Assembly (NCBI GenBank): GCA_947448395.1
Contig: CANFNA010000001.1
Span: 1-62,225 of the forward strand
Length of the DNA stretch: 62,225 bases
Direction: 5' to 3'
Origin: Chthoniobacteraceae bacterium
GTDB taxonomy: Bacteria; Verrucomicrobiota; Verrucomicrobiia; Chthoniobacterales; Chthoniobacteraceae
Made by a program: the position numbers and the translations under genes. The notes beneath the pieces are model-generated. The model had not been told where the DNA came from, did not search any database, and saw only the letters and a program-made list of their open reading frames with translations. Positions 45,543-56,489 of the stretch are shown here, piece by piece (positions within the stretch are counted from its first letter, which is position 1; each line of letters begins with the position of its first letter).

Positions 45543-46943
45543 TTATCGTTGTAACTGACTGTCTAAAAAGGAAATGACTTGTTTGGTGCGGTCATCATTG
45601 GAGATTTTCTGCCGAATCTGACGGTGAGCGTGGAGGACCGTCCCGTGATCCCTGCCCCCAAAGGCTTCTCCAATCTCTGCGAGGGAGGCCTTGGTGAGCT
45701 CGCGGGAGAGATACATTGCGATTTGGCGCGGAAAGGCGATGTTCGCGGGGCGCCGTTTGCTGGTCATATCGGCGAGACGAACGTCGAAGTGCTCTGCTAC
45801 GCGCTTTTGGATTTGGTCAATCGTGACGGCTCGGCGGGCTTCTTCCTGAAGGATATCCTTAAGGAGCATCTCGATTCGTTCAGTGGATGGCATTTTTCCA
45901 TCGTTCAGAGAAGCGTAGGAAGCGACGCGCATGAGGGCGCCTTCTAAGCGGCGAACGTTGGTGCGGATCTTTTCCGCCAAGAAGTTGATCACCTCAGGGT
46001 CGAGCTTTACCCCCATCGACTCAGATTTCTTGCGCAGAATGGCCACGCGGGTCTCGATGTCGGGCGGCTGCATCTCTGCGGTCAGTCCCCATTCGAAGCG
46101 GGAGACGAGACGGGCTTCGAGACTCGCGATTTCCGATGGGGGGCGATCGCTGGAGAGGACGATCTGCTTGTGCCCGTCAAACAGGGCGTTGAAGGTGTGG
46201 AAGAACTCTTCTTGGGAACGCTCCTTGCCGGACAGAAATTGGATATCGTCGATGAGAAGCACGTCCGCTTGTCGGTAGCGTTTGCGGAATTTCACCAAGG
46301 TACCAGTTTGGATGGCATCGATGAACTCGTTCGTGAAGTGCTCGGAAGTGATATAGAGGACCTTCGCGTTTTTCTTCCCAGTCTGAATGCGTTGACCGAT
46401 GGCCTGCATCAGGTGTGTCTTCCCCAAGCCTACCCCACTGTAGATAAAGAGGGGATTGTATGTTTTTCCTGGGCCATTCGCCACTGCGGAGCAGGCCGCG
46501 TGAGCAAACTGGTTATTTGCGCCGACCACGAAAGATTCGAAGGTATTCCTGGGATTGAGTCCGTTGGCTGGGGCATTTGCCTTCGAAAGTGTAACCGAGC
46601 TGGTGGGTTCCTCTGAGTCGTCAGCTTGATTTTCCTGCACACGAGGGGTCGCAGGGAGAGGATCTTGGGGGGTAAAGACGTATTGAACTTTTAGCTTTCC
46701 CCCTGTGGCAAGGAGGATTCCGGAGTCCAAAAGCGACTGATAGTTACTTTCGATCCAAAACTGATGAATGTTGTTCGGGACTTGAAGGGTCAGTGTGTCT
46801 GGTTCCAACCGGACGGCTTTAACGTCTTCGAACCAGCGTTGGAAGGAGTCCTGACTGATTTCTTTACGGAGGTGCTTTGCGACCTCCTGCCACAGAACGG
46901 AGGCGGTGGCGTTGGAGGTAGGATTGAGAATTGGGGTATCCAC
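45543..46943 (-). CDS. dnaA: chromosomal replication initiator protein DnaA
   Basis: AAA+ Walker A IYSGVGLGKTHLMQAIG, Walker B LLIDDIQFL, sensor motifs, domain IV DNA-binding signature (RPANIAFPRQIAMYLSRELT...SLAEIGEAFGGRDHGTVLHA). The start codon is GTG (gtggatacccca). Confidence 0.95.
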   Translation of the reverse strand: MDTPILNPTSNATASVLWQEVAKHLRKEISQDSFQRWFEDVKAVRLEPDTLTLQVPNNIHQFWIESNYQSLLDSGILLATGGKLKVQYVFTPQDPLPATPRVQENQADDSEEPTSSVTLSKANAPANGLNPRNTFESFVVGANNQFAHAACSAVANGPGKTYNPLFIYSGVGLGKTHLMQAIGQRIQTGKKNAKVLYITSEHFTNEFIDAIQTGTLVKFRKRYRQADVLLIDDIQFLSGKERSQEEFFHTFNALFDGHKQIVLSSDRPPSEIASLEARLVSRFEWGLTAEMQPPDIETRVAILRKKSESMGVKLDPEVINFLAEKIRTNVRRLEGALMRVASYASLNDGKMPSTERIEMLLKDILQEEARRAVTIDQIQKRVAEHFDVRLADMTSKRRPANIAFPRQIAMYLSRELTKASLAEIGEAFGGRDHGTVLHAHRQIRQKISNDDRTKQVISFLDSQLQR

Positions 46944-47197
46944 TGGATGGAAGAGGAAAGAGAGAATAATTCACTGGAGCCCGAATGAATCCGCGAGCCG
47001 CACGGAGGCTCACTTTGGGCGTTGAGACTAAAAACTAGACACCGACCGATGCGGTAAAGCCTGCAAGTGATTCGAAGTCAATGTATTGCGTGGAAGTTCT
47101 TCGTTTCCGATGGTTTGCGGGGATCGAGCGTGATGGAAGCTGAAGACTCCAGAGTAAAGGGGTCTTTTGATCGGAAAAACAAAGGAGTTGTACGGGC

Positions 47198-47217
47198 TTT
47201 TTCACAAGTTATTCACA
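47198..47217 (+). promoter_or_regulatory. pair of DnaA-box-like 9-mers (TTTTTCACA ag TTATTCACA), starts 11 bp apart, upstream of dnaA
   Basis: TTATTCACA (47209-47217) differs from the TTATCCACA consensus at one position. TTTTTCACA (47198-47206) differs at two. Both are in the same orientation, about 255-275 bp upstream of the dnaA start. Confidence 0.3.
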
Positions 47218-47253
47218 CCCCTATGGCACTCGCCGCTTGGGGACGCGGAGCCT

Positions 47254-47307
47254 AAAAACCCCCCCGAGTAGCGACAAGGAAAAAGCCCCCAACCCCCCCC
47301 GAAAAAG
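47254..47307. repeat. alternating A5 / C5-8 homopolymer block (A5C7 ... A5GC5AAC8GA5G)
   Basis: Read directly: AAAAACCCCCCC at 47254-47265 and AAAAAGCCCCCAACCCCCCCCGAAAAAG at 47280-47307, in the dnaA upstream intergenic region. Confidence 0.9.
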
Positions 47308-47673
47308 TTTCAATCGCGTTTCGATTTTGTGTTGACCGTGTTTCGCAATTTTTTGCGTGAACGAGGGTCATTCCGCTGCGTGTGGCGCTCTGGTTCAAGG
47401 GAAAAGCGAGTTGGCGCCTCAGCCTAGCGTTTTCTGCAGGCAAGTTCACCGATTGTCTGGAAGGGTTTGGAACGAACCTATGACGGCTGAGACGTACTGC
47501 TAGATGGGAGATCGCATGGTTGGGGAAAAATTGAGACACTTGCGTCTTTTGACCCATTCATGAGATTTGGTGAGCCTCCTGATGCTTTTGAGGCCTACTA
47601 AATCCTCAAGAGGATGGTGGTGACGCCGGTAACCTGACCCGAGCGGGCATCAGCGATGGAATCTCTTAAGGCC

Positions 47674-50600
47674 TTAAAAGTGAGGCAACGCCTGTAACCA
47701 AGCTTGGTTTAGGATGTAGTGGTTTTTACTGGAGATCAGGTGGATGCGGCCGTCACGGGTCTGGATCGCCGCCAGATAGCCGGCCTTTTCAGCCATGGTA
47801 TCGCTGCAGGTGAAGGTGCCGCGATCAATGGTTGGGAGTTCGCGTGCCTTGCCGCCTGGGGTGATCAGGCGACGGATTGGCCAAGTCTTGCCGTCGTCCA
47901 AGGAAACGGCGGCGAAGAGGCCGTAGCCAGTGAACTCCGTACCGTCAGCGTGCTTGAATTTCAGTCCGACGCGCTGTCTCCAGTCACGCGACTGGTCGGT
48001 GTAGCTGAAGAAGACGATAGGTCCTTCGCGCAGGCGCAGCATCGCCTGACGCTGGGCGCTGCTGATCGCTGGGAAGGGGGATTCCTCGACTTGCCACGTC
48101 TCGCCTTGGTCGTTGCTGAAGCTGACCGGCGTGTTGCGATGGAAGCGAGCTTGATCAGCGGGGTCGTCTTGGCGGCTGAAGGCCATGAGGCGCCCGTCGG
48201 AGAGCTCGACCATCGGCGCGTGGATGCCGGGGGGACGATGGGCCATTGAGCCGGGTTTGACCGCCTTGTCTGTGGTCTTCATTTCGATGGACTGCCAAGT
48301 CTTACCCCCGTCGCGACTGCGAGTGATGCTAACTGTGCGGGAGTCGTGCGGAAGCAGTAGGGTGCCGTCGCGCAGGCGTAGCAGCGCATTGCCGAATTCG
48401 CCCACTGGCATGATGGTTTGCGCTTTGGACCAGGTTGCGCCGCTGTCGGTTGAGGATCGGAAGATGTTCTCGGTGGCGCCGCGTGCGAAGTGGAAGACAG
48501 TGTGATCGCCATCGAACCATAGCTTCGGAGCGTGATCGTTGACGTCCATGCCGTCCCAGAAGGGTGATGCCGGGTCCCATTCCTTGGATCCAAAGCGCAG
48601 GCGGCTTGCGAGGTTGCAGAGTTCGCTGCCGCCTTCGTCGATGCACGAGAACCAAGTCGTGAGAAGGTCGCCATTGGGCATCTCGGCGATCGAGGGGCTG
48701 TGATTATGCCAGGAGAATAGCGGGCCTATCGAATCGGGCGGAATTTTCACGAATGGATCTGGGCCGGAAAAGAATGGCTCCGTCGATGCGGGTTCGATTT
48801 GGGCGACGCCGGGTTTCACGTCGCGGGCGTTGAGCTCGGCGGCGACGGGCGGGAGGGGCTTGGACGCAGGGCGCTCGCCTTCAACGACGCGGAAGCCAAT
48901 GCCTTCGCTGACATGCGTGGGGAGCCATGCCCCGCGATTGGCGGAGCGCAGTAGGCGGCTGAAAGAGGAGTGGCTGCCGCCGCGGAACACGCGGAATTCG
49001 CCGTCGGCGCGACCGACGGGGTCGGACTGCTCGGCGGGCTCATAAGGGCCATACCAGTCCGCGCACCATTCAGCGACGTTGCCATGTAGATCGAAAAGTC
49101 CCCACGGATTGGCGGGTTTGCGGGCGACGCGCAGGTCTTTGGCATCCTCGCGCTGTGTATATTCTTCCGGAAGCTTTTCTTCGGTGAAATAGAGCCGCTG
49201 GCGGCCGCGGTCGCCGAACCAATCTTGGTAGCCCTTTGGCAGGCGGTCACCGAAAGCGTAAAGGGTGGTTGTGCCGGCGCGGCAAGCGTATTCCCACTCG
49301 GCTTCCGTGGGGAGGCGATAGGTCTTGCCCTCTTTCTTGCTCAGCCACTCGCAAAATTTCACTGCGCGATGCCAGCTAATGCCGCTCAGGGCATCGTCCG
49401 GATGACCGACACCGTTGCGAAAATCCGGTTCCATCGCGCGCCACTGTTCCAGCGTGACTTCCGTGCTGGCCATGCGAAACGGCTTTGTGATCGTGACCTT
49501 GTGCGCTGGAGCTTCATCCCAGTCGGGCTTGGCGAATTCAGTCGGGTGCTTGTTCTGATGATAATCCGTGCTGGGCCCCTCTTGTCCCATGATGAAGCAG
49601 CCCGCTGGGATCTCGACCATTTCCATTCCGATGGAATTACGCACAACCTTAGGCGCAGCTGCTCGGAGGGTGTCGATTTCGCTGAGTTTGAAGCGGACGC
49701 TGACTACCGAGTTCTGCTCCGGGCCGTTGGTGTATTTGACGTAGGTCGTAGCCACGATCGTTCCATCGGGCAGCAGTTCCACGCCAGGATAGCCGCAATC
49801 GCCGATGCGTTTGCCGTAGTGATGGAGAAGCTTGATACGGTACTGGCCCGGGCCGCCCTTCTTCAGCTCGTCGTAGGTGCCGACCCATGCGACGAAGTGG
49901 CCTCTGGTTGGGCTGTTGATAGCTTGGTCGCGGAAGCAGACGACCATGCGTCCGTCGGAAGTGAACACGCCGTTGTGGCGGTCGCCTGTCAGGCCCCAGT
50001 TCGTGTCGACCGGCATCGACCATGTTGCACCCTCGTCTTGGCTAAACATCATCAGGCTGCGGCCCTTGTGGGTGTTCTCGCGGAGCAGGCAGCAGAGCTC
50101 CTTGCCGTTAGGAGAGCGGAAAACAAAGGGCTCGCATGGGTTCTTGCCGTCGACCTGGGCGACGATGCGGGGCTCGGACCAAGTGAGCCCGGCGTCGGCC
50201 GTGATCGATTGGAGAGTAACTAACGGCGCCTTGTCTTCGCCGTTTGGGCCGCGGTGGAAAAGCCCGAGGTAACGTCCGTCATTGAGTCGAACCACGCTGC
50301 TGAAAGTCATCACGCAGGGGAAGTTGAGCGGGGGCATTTCCCTCCAAGAGTTGCCGCCGTCTTCGCTGAGAATGCTCGGCATTCCCGGCCCGCCGCGCTT
50401 TCCGAGCGCGGCAGAGAAGACCCATAGACGTTCCTGACCTGCTTTGGTGACCATCCGGTAGAGACTTGGGCAGTTCTGGTGGGTCGCGAAGCCCTTCGGT
50501 AGCTCTGCGTCTAGGCGCGTCCAGGTCAGACCGCCGTCTTCGCTGCGGGCCATTGGGCCTGCCGAGCCACCGTGGTTGACGCACCAGACCGTGAAGATCG

Positions 50601-50778
50601 TTTGGCCGTTCGGCATCAACAAAGTCGTCGGGTGGCCCTGATAGAGAGATTCGGTGCCGGCACCTACGACGATCTGCCGTTCGGTCTGACCCGAAATATC
50701 GACCAAATGAAGGTTCGGTTTTTCGTCGGCCGACACGAAAGCGACGAGGCAAAGCAGGGCGGCGAGCAAGGTGTGCAT
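47674..50778 (-). CDS. secreted BNR/sialidase-like propeller - FGE-sulfatase-like domain - BNR/sialidase-like propeller fusion protein
   Basis: Signal peptide [17 protein letters not shown]. Four BNR motifs in the N-domain ([32 protein letters not shown]). Central FGE/SUMF1-like domain ([13 protein letters not shown]...[17 protein letters not shown]...[17 protein letters not shown]...[18 protein letters not shown]...RVFRGGS). Four BNR motifs in the C-domain ([32 protein letters not shown]). Confidence 0.8.
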   Translation of the reverse strand: MHTLLAALLCLVAFVSADEKPNLHLVDISGQTERQIVVGAGTESLYQGHPTTLLMPNGQTIFTVWCVNHGGSAGPMARSEDGGLTWTRLDAELPKGFATHQNCPSLYRMVTKAGQERLWVFSAALGKRGGPGMPSILSEDGGNSWREMPPLNFPCVMTFSSVVRLNDGRYLGLFHRGPNGEDKAPLVTLQSITADAGLTWSEPRIVAQVDGKNPCEPFVFRSPNGKELCCLLRENTHKGRSLMMFSQDEGATWSMPVDTNWGLTGDRHNGVFTSDGRMVVCFRDQAINSPTRGHFVAWVGTYDELKKGGPGQYRIKLLHHYGKRIGDCGYPGVELLPDGTIVATTYVKYTNGPEQNSVVSVRFKLSEIDTLRAAAPKVVRNSIGMEMVEIPAGCFIMGQEGPSTDYHQNKHPTEFAKPDWDEAPAHKVTITKPFRMASTEVTLEQWRAMEPDFRNGVGHPDDALSGISWHRAVKFCEWLSKKEGKTYRLPTEAEWEYACRAGTTTLYAFGDRLPKGYQDWFGDRGRQRLYFTEEKLPEEYTQREDAKDLRVARKPANPWGLFDLHGNVAEWCADWYGPYEPAEQSDPVGRADGEFRVFRGGSHSSFSRLLRSANRGAWLPTHVSEGIGFRVVEGERPASKPLPPVAAELNARDVKPGVAQIEPASTEPFFSGPDPFVKIPPDSIGPLFSWHNHSPSIAEMPNGDLLTTWFSCIDEGGSELCNLASRLRFGSKEWDPASPFWDGMDVNDHAPKLWFDGDHTVFHFARGATENIFRSSTDSGATWSKAQTIMPVGEFGNALLRLRDGTLLLPHDSRTVSITRSRDGGKTWQSIEMKTTDKAVKPGSMAHRPPGIHAPMVELSDGRLMAFSRQDDPADQARFHRNTPVSFSNDQGETWQVEESPFPAISSAQRQAMLRLREGPIVFFSYTDQSRDWRQRVGLKFKHADGTEFTGYGLFAAVSLDDGKTWPIRRLITPGGKARELPTIDRGTFTCSDTMAEKAGYLAAIQTRDGRIHLISSKNHYILNQAWLQALPHF

Positions 50779-50862
50779 CGGAAAACCGTGTCCCCTGCAC
50801 CATAAGCTGCCAAGTCTGTTTGGATGGCTCGTGCAGTTTTAAACCCCGAACGCAGAGCAGCG

Positions 50863-50890
50863 GGGCCGGGATCGGGCAGGATCCCGGCCC
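50863..50890 (-). terminator. strong GC hairpin (11-bp perfect stem) just downstream of the small basic ORF
   Basis: GGGCCGGGATC-GGGCAG-GATCCCGGCCC read directly. No clean U-run follows on either strand, so a terminator role is uncertain. Confidence 0.35.
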
Positions 50891-50897
50891 GCGTGTT

Positions 50898-50993
50898 CTA
50901 GGACTTTGTGGCCTTGGCAGCTTTTAGGCGTTCAGCCTTTTTGCGGCGGGCTTCAGTCTTCTTTTTGTTGTCCTTGCCTTTGTTGTGACCCAT
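50898..50993 (-). CDS. candidate 31-aa highly basic small protein (MGHNKGKDNKKKTEARRKKAERLKAAKATKS)
   Basis: Hand-translated ATG..TAG ORF below the 60-aa cut-off of the ORF track. AAGG lies 4-7 nt upstream of the ATG. The ORF is bracketed by a 5' hairpin and a 3' GC hairpin in an otherwise gene-free 570-bp gap. No homologue recognised. Confidence 0.3.
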   Translation of the reverse strand: MGHNKGKDNKKKTEARRKKAERLKAAKATKS

Positions 50994-51345
50994 AGGCCTT
51001 TAAAACACACTCAAAGGCCCTCCGTGCCAAGAGGAAGTTCTTTGCGGATTGGACTAGATGACCCCTTTTCCTCAGCACGGTTGCGGTTGAGCTGAAGACA
51101 ATACTTTTGGGCCAAACTCCGCCCAGAACGCGCACGGTGTTCGCGCCTCTGGCTCGGGCGCGTGTCCCTGATAATGCTCCAGTTCATGCCATTTTTAAGC
51201 CTACGGGACGCTAATTATTTTCATGCAACCTGTTCTCCGGCGATGCATGGTCGTTACTTGAGATAGACGCCCAAGTGTCCGTGGGCATGATATTCTAAAG
51301 GCCCACCCCAGCTTGCCCCCTCCGCAAAAGCGTACAGCCGAAAAA

Positions 51346-53787
51346 ATGAAGATGCGAAGCCGATTTGCTTACCTGCTCCTCACCGCCAGCTTTGGCTTAG
51401 CTGCGGCCGTGCAAGCCACAGAACCGTTTGAAGCCTTTTTGGAGAAGCATTGCGTCCGCTGTCACGGGCCGGAGAAGGAGAAGGGGGATTTGCGGATCGA
51501 CCGACTCTCACGTGATTTCAAATTGGGCGCGGATACGCATCACTGGGCGGAGCTGATCGAGCAGGTCAATTCTGGAGAGATGCCGCCCAAGAAGGAGAAG
51601 AAACCCACGCAGGATGAGATCGCATCATTTGTGACGAGTCTCGACTCCCAGATCAAGGATGGCCGTGCCGCGCGCATGGCGGCAAGACCGGCGGTAGCGC
51701 ATTACCGTCTTAGTCGTAGAGAGTATCAAAACACGGTCTATGACCTGCTTGGAGTGCGCTATGATCCCGCAAAGCCGGGAGGCCTCAATGAAGACACGCT
51801 CTGGCACGGATTTGAGCGCATAGGCGCGCAGCTATCGCTTTCCCCATCGCATGTGGACCGCTATTACCGTGCAGCGGAACTCGTGCTCGATCGGGCTTTC
51901 CCAGCTGAGGCCAGCGAGGCCCGCAAAGTAATCAAGACCGCTGCGGAACTACGTTACGGAGGCGGGAAGTCCCAGCAGGAGTTACTGGACCGCTTTGGCA
52001 TCAAGCGACCACTGCGGGCTCTCCTGTTTCCCGGCGCGGTTCAGAACGCGCTCTCCCCTAATTGGTTTGGAAAGACGGGGCCTGAGCATAGCGGGCTCTA
52101 CAAAGTCCGTCTCCAAGCCAGCGGAATTCGCCCGCTTGGCGGCCAGCCGGCGCACCTGAGCATTGGGAAGCGGACTGGCGAGGAGACGGTGGATGGAATC
52201 ATCGAGTTTGATCTGATGGCAACAGAGGACCATCCCCAGATCTATGAATTTGACGTATTTCTTGAGATGCCTGCGACGCTCGAGTTCTGCGTGGTGGCAA
52301 CGGATGTGGTGGACCGTAGACAAGGCGCAGCCTTCCGCAATGCGTTGGCCAGCCGGGGTGGCTATGTTTTTACGCACAGCAGCGAGACCCTGCTGCTGAG
52401 TCCGAACGCGCCGCAGATGTTTGATGACAAGGGAAACGGCCTTTTCTCGACAGTGCTCCTTGATTGGATTGAGTGGGAGGGGCCTTTAACAACGGAAGCG
52501 GAGAAATCGCGGCGCAAAGGTGTGCTGCCCCCTGATGACGCGACGCCCGAGGTAGTCGCGGATCATCTGCAACGCTTCGCCGAACGCGCTTGGCGGCGGC
52601 CTGTGAAGAAGGAAGAGTTGGAGGAATATCTGCAATCTTATCGCGCCGAGCGCGAGGCGGGCGAAAAGACGGCTGACGCTTATCGTATCGCCATTCAGGG
52701 CGTGCTCACTTCGCGGCACTTCATCTACCTCGTCGAGGGCGATCCCGTACCTCGCGAGCGTCTCACGCAATGGGAGCTCACCTCAAGATTGTCATATTTT
52801 CTTTGGAGCTCGATGCCCGATGACAGCCTCTTCAGCGCGGCCCGGAACGGCACGCTGAATGGAGAGGGGCTAAAGAAGGAAGTGGACCGGATGCTCACGG
52901 ACAGCCGTGTTAGCCGGTTCATCAATGATTTCGCGCGCCAGTGGCTGCAATTGCATCGTGTGGGCATGTTCCCGCCGGACAAAAAACTCTATCCGAATTA
53001 CGACGCCTGGCTTGAAGCGAGCATGCGCGACGAACCAGTGGAATTTTTTCGCATGATGTTCGGAAAAAACATGCCCATTGAGGGCTTCATCGATTCCGAC
53101 TGGACCATGGCCAATGCCCGGCTTTGTGATTTCTACGGACTTCCGGAGCCTAAGATGGGCGGCTTCGAGCGCATCTCATTGAGGCCTGAGGACCATCGCG
53201 GCGGGCTGCTTACCATGGGCGCTGTACTCGGCCTGACTTCAGATGGCACGCGCCATCGCCCTGTTCACCGCGGCGTTTGGCTCAGCGAGGCCATCTTTGG
53301 GAAGACGCCGCCGCCACCGCCGGCCAACGTACCTGCTATCGAGCCCAATCCCCCAAAAAGCGCGAAGGCAACTCTTCGCGACAAATTGGAGGCCCACCGC
53401 AACGATGCTAATTGCGCGGCCTGCCATGCGAAGATCGACCCGATGGGCCTCGCTTGGGATAACTACGATGCCATCGGCCAGTGGCGCACCCGTGAAAAAG
53501 TAGCAGCGGGAGTCGGCGAAGACCCTTTGATTAACCCTGCGGGCTCGATGCCAGATGGACGTGCATTCAAGGATGCCGTGGATTTCAAGCGGTTGCTGAT
53601 CGAGGACCGCGACAAGCTTGCGAGGGCCTTCATAGAGCATCTGTGCACTTATGGGCTTCGCCGACCAGTCGCTTTCGACGATCAGGACGAGCTAAAGGCC
53701 ATTCAGGCCGAAGCGAAGAAAAATCAATACGCGGTTAAGGACATCGTCCGCGCTGTGGCTCTCTCTGACTTGATGAGGAAGCGCTAG
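51346..53787 (+). CDS. cytochrome-c-domain protein of the DUF1587/DUF1592/DUF1595/DUF1588/DUF1585 family
   Basis: Signal peptide [24 protein letters not shown] (start re-picked at ATG 51346). N-terminal planctomycete-type cytochrome c motif [25 protein letters not shown]-terminal [25 protein letters not shown] is typical of the DUF1588/DUF1585 end. It is the partner gene of a DUF1552 protein. Confidence 0.8.
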   Translation: MKMRSRFAYLLLTASFGLAAAVQATEPFEAFLEKHCVRCHGPEKEKGDLRIDRLSRDFKLGADTHHWAELIEQVNSGEMPPKKEKKPTQDEIASFVTSLDSQIKDGRAARMAARPAVAHYRLSRREYQNTVYDLLGVRYDPAKPGGLNEDTLWHGFERIGAQLSLSPSHVDRYYRAAELVLDRAFPAEASEARKVIKTAAELRYGGGKSQQELLDRFGIKRPLRALLFPGAVQNALSPNWFGKTGPEHSGLYKVRLQASGIRPLGGQPAHLSIGKRTGEETVDGIIEFDLMATEDHPQIYEFDVFLEMPATLEFCVVATDVVDRRQGAAFRNALASRGGYVFTHSSETLLLSPNAPQMFDDKGNGLFSTVLLDWIEWEGPLTTEAEKSRRKGVLPPDDATPEVVADHLQRFAERAWRRPVKKEELEEYLQSYRAEREAGEKTADAYRIAIQGVLTSRHFIYLVEGDPVPRERLTQWELTSRLSYFLWSSMPDDSLFSAARNGTLNGEGLKKEVDRMLTDSRVSRFINDFARQWLQLHRVGMFPPDKKLYPNYDAWLEASMRDEPVEFFRMMFGKNMPIEGFIDSDWTMANARLCDFYGLPEPKMGGFERISLRPEDHRGGLLTMGAVLGLTSDGTRHRPVHRGVWLSEAIFGKTPPPPPANVPAIEPNPPKSAKATLRDKLEAHRNDANCAACHAKIDPMGLAWDNYDAIGQWRTREKVAAGVGEDPLINPAGSMPDGRAFKDAVDFKRLLIEDRDKLARAFIEHLCTYGLRRPVAFDDQDELKAIQAEAKKNQYAVKDIVRAVALSDLMRKR

Positions 53788-53846
53788 CTTCCGAGTACTC
53801 CAAACGACCGCGAACCCCCCAAAAAGAACAAGGAACCAAGAATACT

Positions 53847-55205
53847 ATGAGCACCTACCTCTCCCAATCCTGGCTCATCGACCGACGTCACGCTCTGCGC
53901 GCCCTCGGCAGTCTTATCTCCCTGCCTCTCCTAGAATGCATGGTCCCGCTGCGGGCGGCAGAAAGCGCGACCGTTACGCCGCGGCGCAGCGCCTTCATCT
54001 ACCTCGCAAACGGCGTTCATTCGCTGAATTACCAGATCACACAGCCGGGAAGGGATTACCAGTTCTCGCGTTCGCTGAAACCGTTGGAGAGGCATCGGGA
54101 AGTCATTACGCCCATCAGTGGGCTGCATCATCCAGGTGCCCTCAGCCACCACCACAACTGCATCTCTGTGTGGCTCACCGGAGGAAAACTGGGCCCCTCC
54201 GACCGAAATACTATTTCTGTGGATCAGAAGATGGCAGAGATCACCGCGCAGCACACCCGCTATCCTTCGATGGAAGTCGCCATCACTCAGGATTCGCTTG
54301 CTTGGACCGCGGATGGCGTTCGCCTTCCCGCGATGCGTCGTTGCAGCGAGATCTTCGCTTCCCTGTTCGAAGAGCCGAAGGGCGGTAAAACGGCCCAACG
54401 GCGAGCCTTGCGACGCAAGGGCAGCGTTCTGGATGCCAACCTTGCCGAAGTGCGCCAACTCGAGAAAAAAATGGGGTCAGAGGATAAGGGACGCTTGGGG
54501 CAATATCTCACCTCTGTTCGTGAGGCTGAGATTCGCACGCGTCGGGCCGATGCGTGGCTCGATACGCCGCTACCCACTATCTCTGCTGCGGATCGCGAAC
54601 GCACCAACCGCGACATCGCGGCCACCAAGGCGGGCGACTATTTCCGGACGGTCTACGACCTGATGGTGCTCGCTTTTCAGACGGACGTGACACGCGTGGC
54701 TACTTTCAGTCTGGGCGGTGAGGGGGATGCCATCTCGATTCCTGAAATCGGAATCACCGAGTCGCGTCACCAGCTCAGCCACCACGGCGGCGATGCTGGA
54801 TACATGGAGAAGCTCACCAATTACGACACCTTCGCCGTCGAGCAGTTCAGCTACTTCCTGACTCGGCTGTCGGAGACCAAGGACCTCGGTGGCAAGCCGC
54901 TCCTAGGCTCTACGATGGCCCTCTTTGGCAGCGGCATGTCCTACGGCCACAGCCATGGCAACGCAAACCTCCCTACTGTTTTCGCAGGGGGCTCGGATCT
55001 CGGCCTGAAGCATGGCAGCCATCTCGACTTCAACCAGGGCCACTTCGGCGGTTACCAGCTCGAAAAGCCTAGCGAACACTACTCCCTTTGTAGCCGTCCT
55101 GCGAACACAGACGCCCACATGAGCAACCTCCTGCTTCTGATGGCTCAGCGCATGGGCGTCGAGACCGACCAGTTTGGCGACAGCAACAAAGTAATCACGA
55201 TGTGA
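53847..55205 (+). CDS. DUF1552-family protein (Tat-type leader)
   Basis: [18 protein letters not shown] leader. Family-typical FIYLANGV start and the conserved HxxSHH motif ([11 protein letters not shown]). It sits immediately downstream of the DUF1592-type gene, as in the canonical PVC pair. Confidence 0.8.
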   Translation: MSTYLSQSWLIDRRHALRALGSLISLPLLECMVPLRAAESATVTPRRSAFIYLANGVHSLNYQITQPGRDYQFSRSLKPLERHREVITPISGLHHPGALSHHHNCISVWLTGGKLGPSDRNTISVDQKMAEITAQHTRYPSMEVAITQDSLAWTADGVRLPAMRRCSEIFASLFEEPKGGKTAQRRALRRKGSVLDANLAEVRQLEKKMGSEDKGRLGQYLTSVREAEIRTRRADAWLDTPLPTISAADRERTNRDIAATKAGDYFRTVYDLMVLAFQTDVTRVATFSLGGEGDAISIPEIGITESRHQLSHHGGDAGYMEKLTNYDTFAVEQFSYFLTRLSETKDLGGKPLLGSTMALFGSGMSYGHSHGNANLPTVFAGGSDLGLKHGSHLDFNQGHFGGYQLEKPSEHYSLCSRPANTDAHMSNLLLLMAQRMGVETDQFGDSNKVITM

Positions 55206-56464
55206 ATAGGTTCCTCGTTCTTGGTGCCTTGTTCCTGATTTTTGGTTTGTGCACCGCACACGCCGAGGAGGAAGTGTTCCGCCCCGAGGCAGGAAAGTTT
55301 CCGCCTTTGGAAAAGGCGCACGCTTATCGTGGGGAGCTCGCTTTCGTGGATCACGCGAATCGCCGGGGTAGCATTCGGGTGCAATCCACGGGCATATTCC
55401 GCTTCAGCCCCCCGCGTCCATTCGCAATGCTTCCCTACGGCGCCATCCATTATCACGGCGCACCGGCTGATTTGCGGGATATTCCGATTGGCACCATGCT
55501 TTACGTCCGGGCTTTTCTGCCACCGGATCCGCAGACTTCCGCTGTCCCTGTTTTGCCAGTCAACAATCGGGCGAAGGCGGACTCGGGTGGGCCTGGGACT
55601 GCACCCGCTGAGAACCACGTCCTGCTCCTCGAAGACGAACCAAGCCGCTGCCACCGTGAGGGGTTGGTCTGGAAGCTAAAAGAGGTGGACATCAAAAACC
55701 GCGATGGAACTATTGTTGCCAGCTGCGAGCCGAAGCACGGGGCAGGTCACAACGCAGACGAGGAAACACTAACTTTTGATGCCGCTACCCGCGTCTGGCG
55801 CGGCCGCGAAACACTCCAGATTGAAAACCTGATTGCCGAGGGCGCTTGGCCTGCCAGCGGGAAGAAATCACTCGGCGGGCAGGCCGTCCTACTTGGCATC
55901 ACTTGGAAACCGACGCTCGGCGGCGTTTTCACCCGGTTCCACATTTCGGACATCTGGTTGGACGACTCAGCGATGCAGACCGCGATGCATCATCAGAACG
56001 AGGTCCACAAGGCCTTTATTCGCAGTCGGTGGATGCCCGCTTGGATCGATACGGTCGAGTACGGGAAGTTCGGCCGCGCGATCGTGACCGCGACTTTGTT
56101 TGGCGGCATGGATCCGTCTCTCTATGCCGACTTCAAAAAGGGCTTTCCGGCCCTGATGAATGGCGTTGAGAACACTTTGAAGCATACAGAAGGGGGCACC
56201 GCCGGACCCTCGCAGATGGCGGCACGAGGAACGATCCGCGAGGTCACAAAGACGGACGGAAACGTCCCGTTGGGAAGCAGCGGCATCCAGATCCGGTTTG
56301 AAACCGACCTCATCACCGAAGGCCTCCGGCCCACGCGACTCGTCCGTGTCCGGCCCGCAGAGTGGCCCGATGTCCACCTTCCAAGGGAGGAATATGTTGG
56401 AGACGGTGCAGGCTTCACCATTGAACAACGCTTCCCGACTCCCGCCATCTTCCCGAAATACTGA
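55202..56464 (+). CDS. secreted hypothetical protein, paralogue A (no recognised family)
   Basis: GTG start overlapping the DUF1552 stop (GTGA). Signal peptide [21 protein letters not shown]. About three-quarters identical by eye to the next ORF. Both end in ...PAIFPKY. Confidence 0.6.
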   Translation: MNRFLVLGALFLIFGLCTAHAEEEVFRPEAGKFPPLEKAHAYRGELAFVDHANRRGSIRVQSTGIFRFSPPRPFAMLPYGAIHYHGAPADLRDIPIGTMLYVRAFLPPDPQTSAVPVLPVNNRAKADSGGPGTAPAENHVLLLEDEPSRCHREGLVWKLKEVDIKNRDGTIVASCEPKHGAGHNADEETLTFDAATRVWRGRETLQIENLIAEGAWPASGKKSLGGQAVLLGITWKPTLGGVFTRFHISDIWLDDSAMQTAMHHQNEVHKAFIRSRWMPAWIDTVEYGKFGRAIVTATLFGGMDPSLYADFKKGFPALMNGVENTLKHTEGGTAGPSQMAARGTIREVTKTDGNVPLGSSGIQIRFETDLITEGLRPTRLVRVRPAEWPDVHLPREEYVGDGAGFTIEQRFPTPAIFPKY

Positions 56465-56489
56465 TATTCCCGTCTCCCCGTCTCATATT

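Noticed and set aside
47252-47557. 101-aa ORF on the minus strand in the dnaA upstream region.
   Set aside because: It runs through the poly-C/A tracts (translated as GGVGGFFL...). It has no motifs or start context and lies in the likely promoter/origin region.
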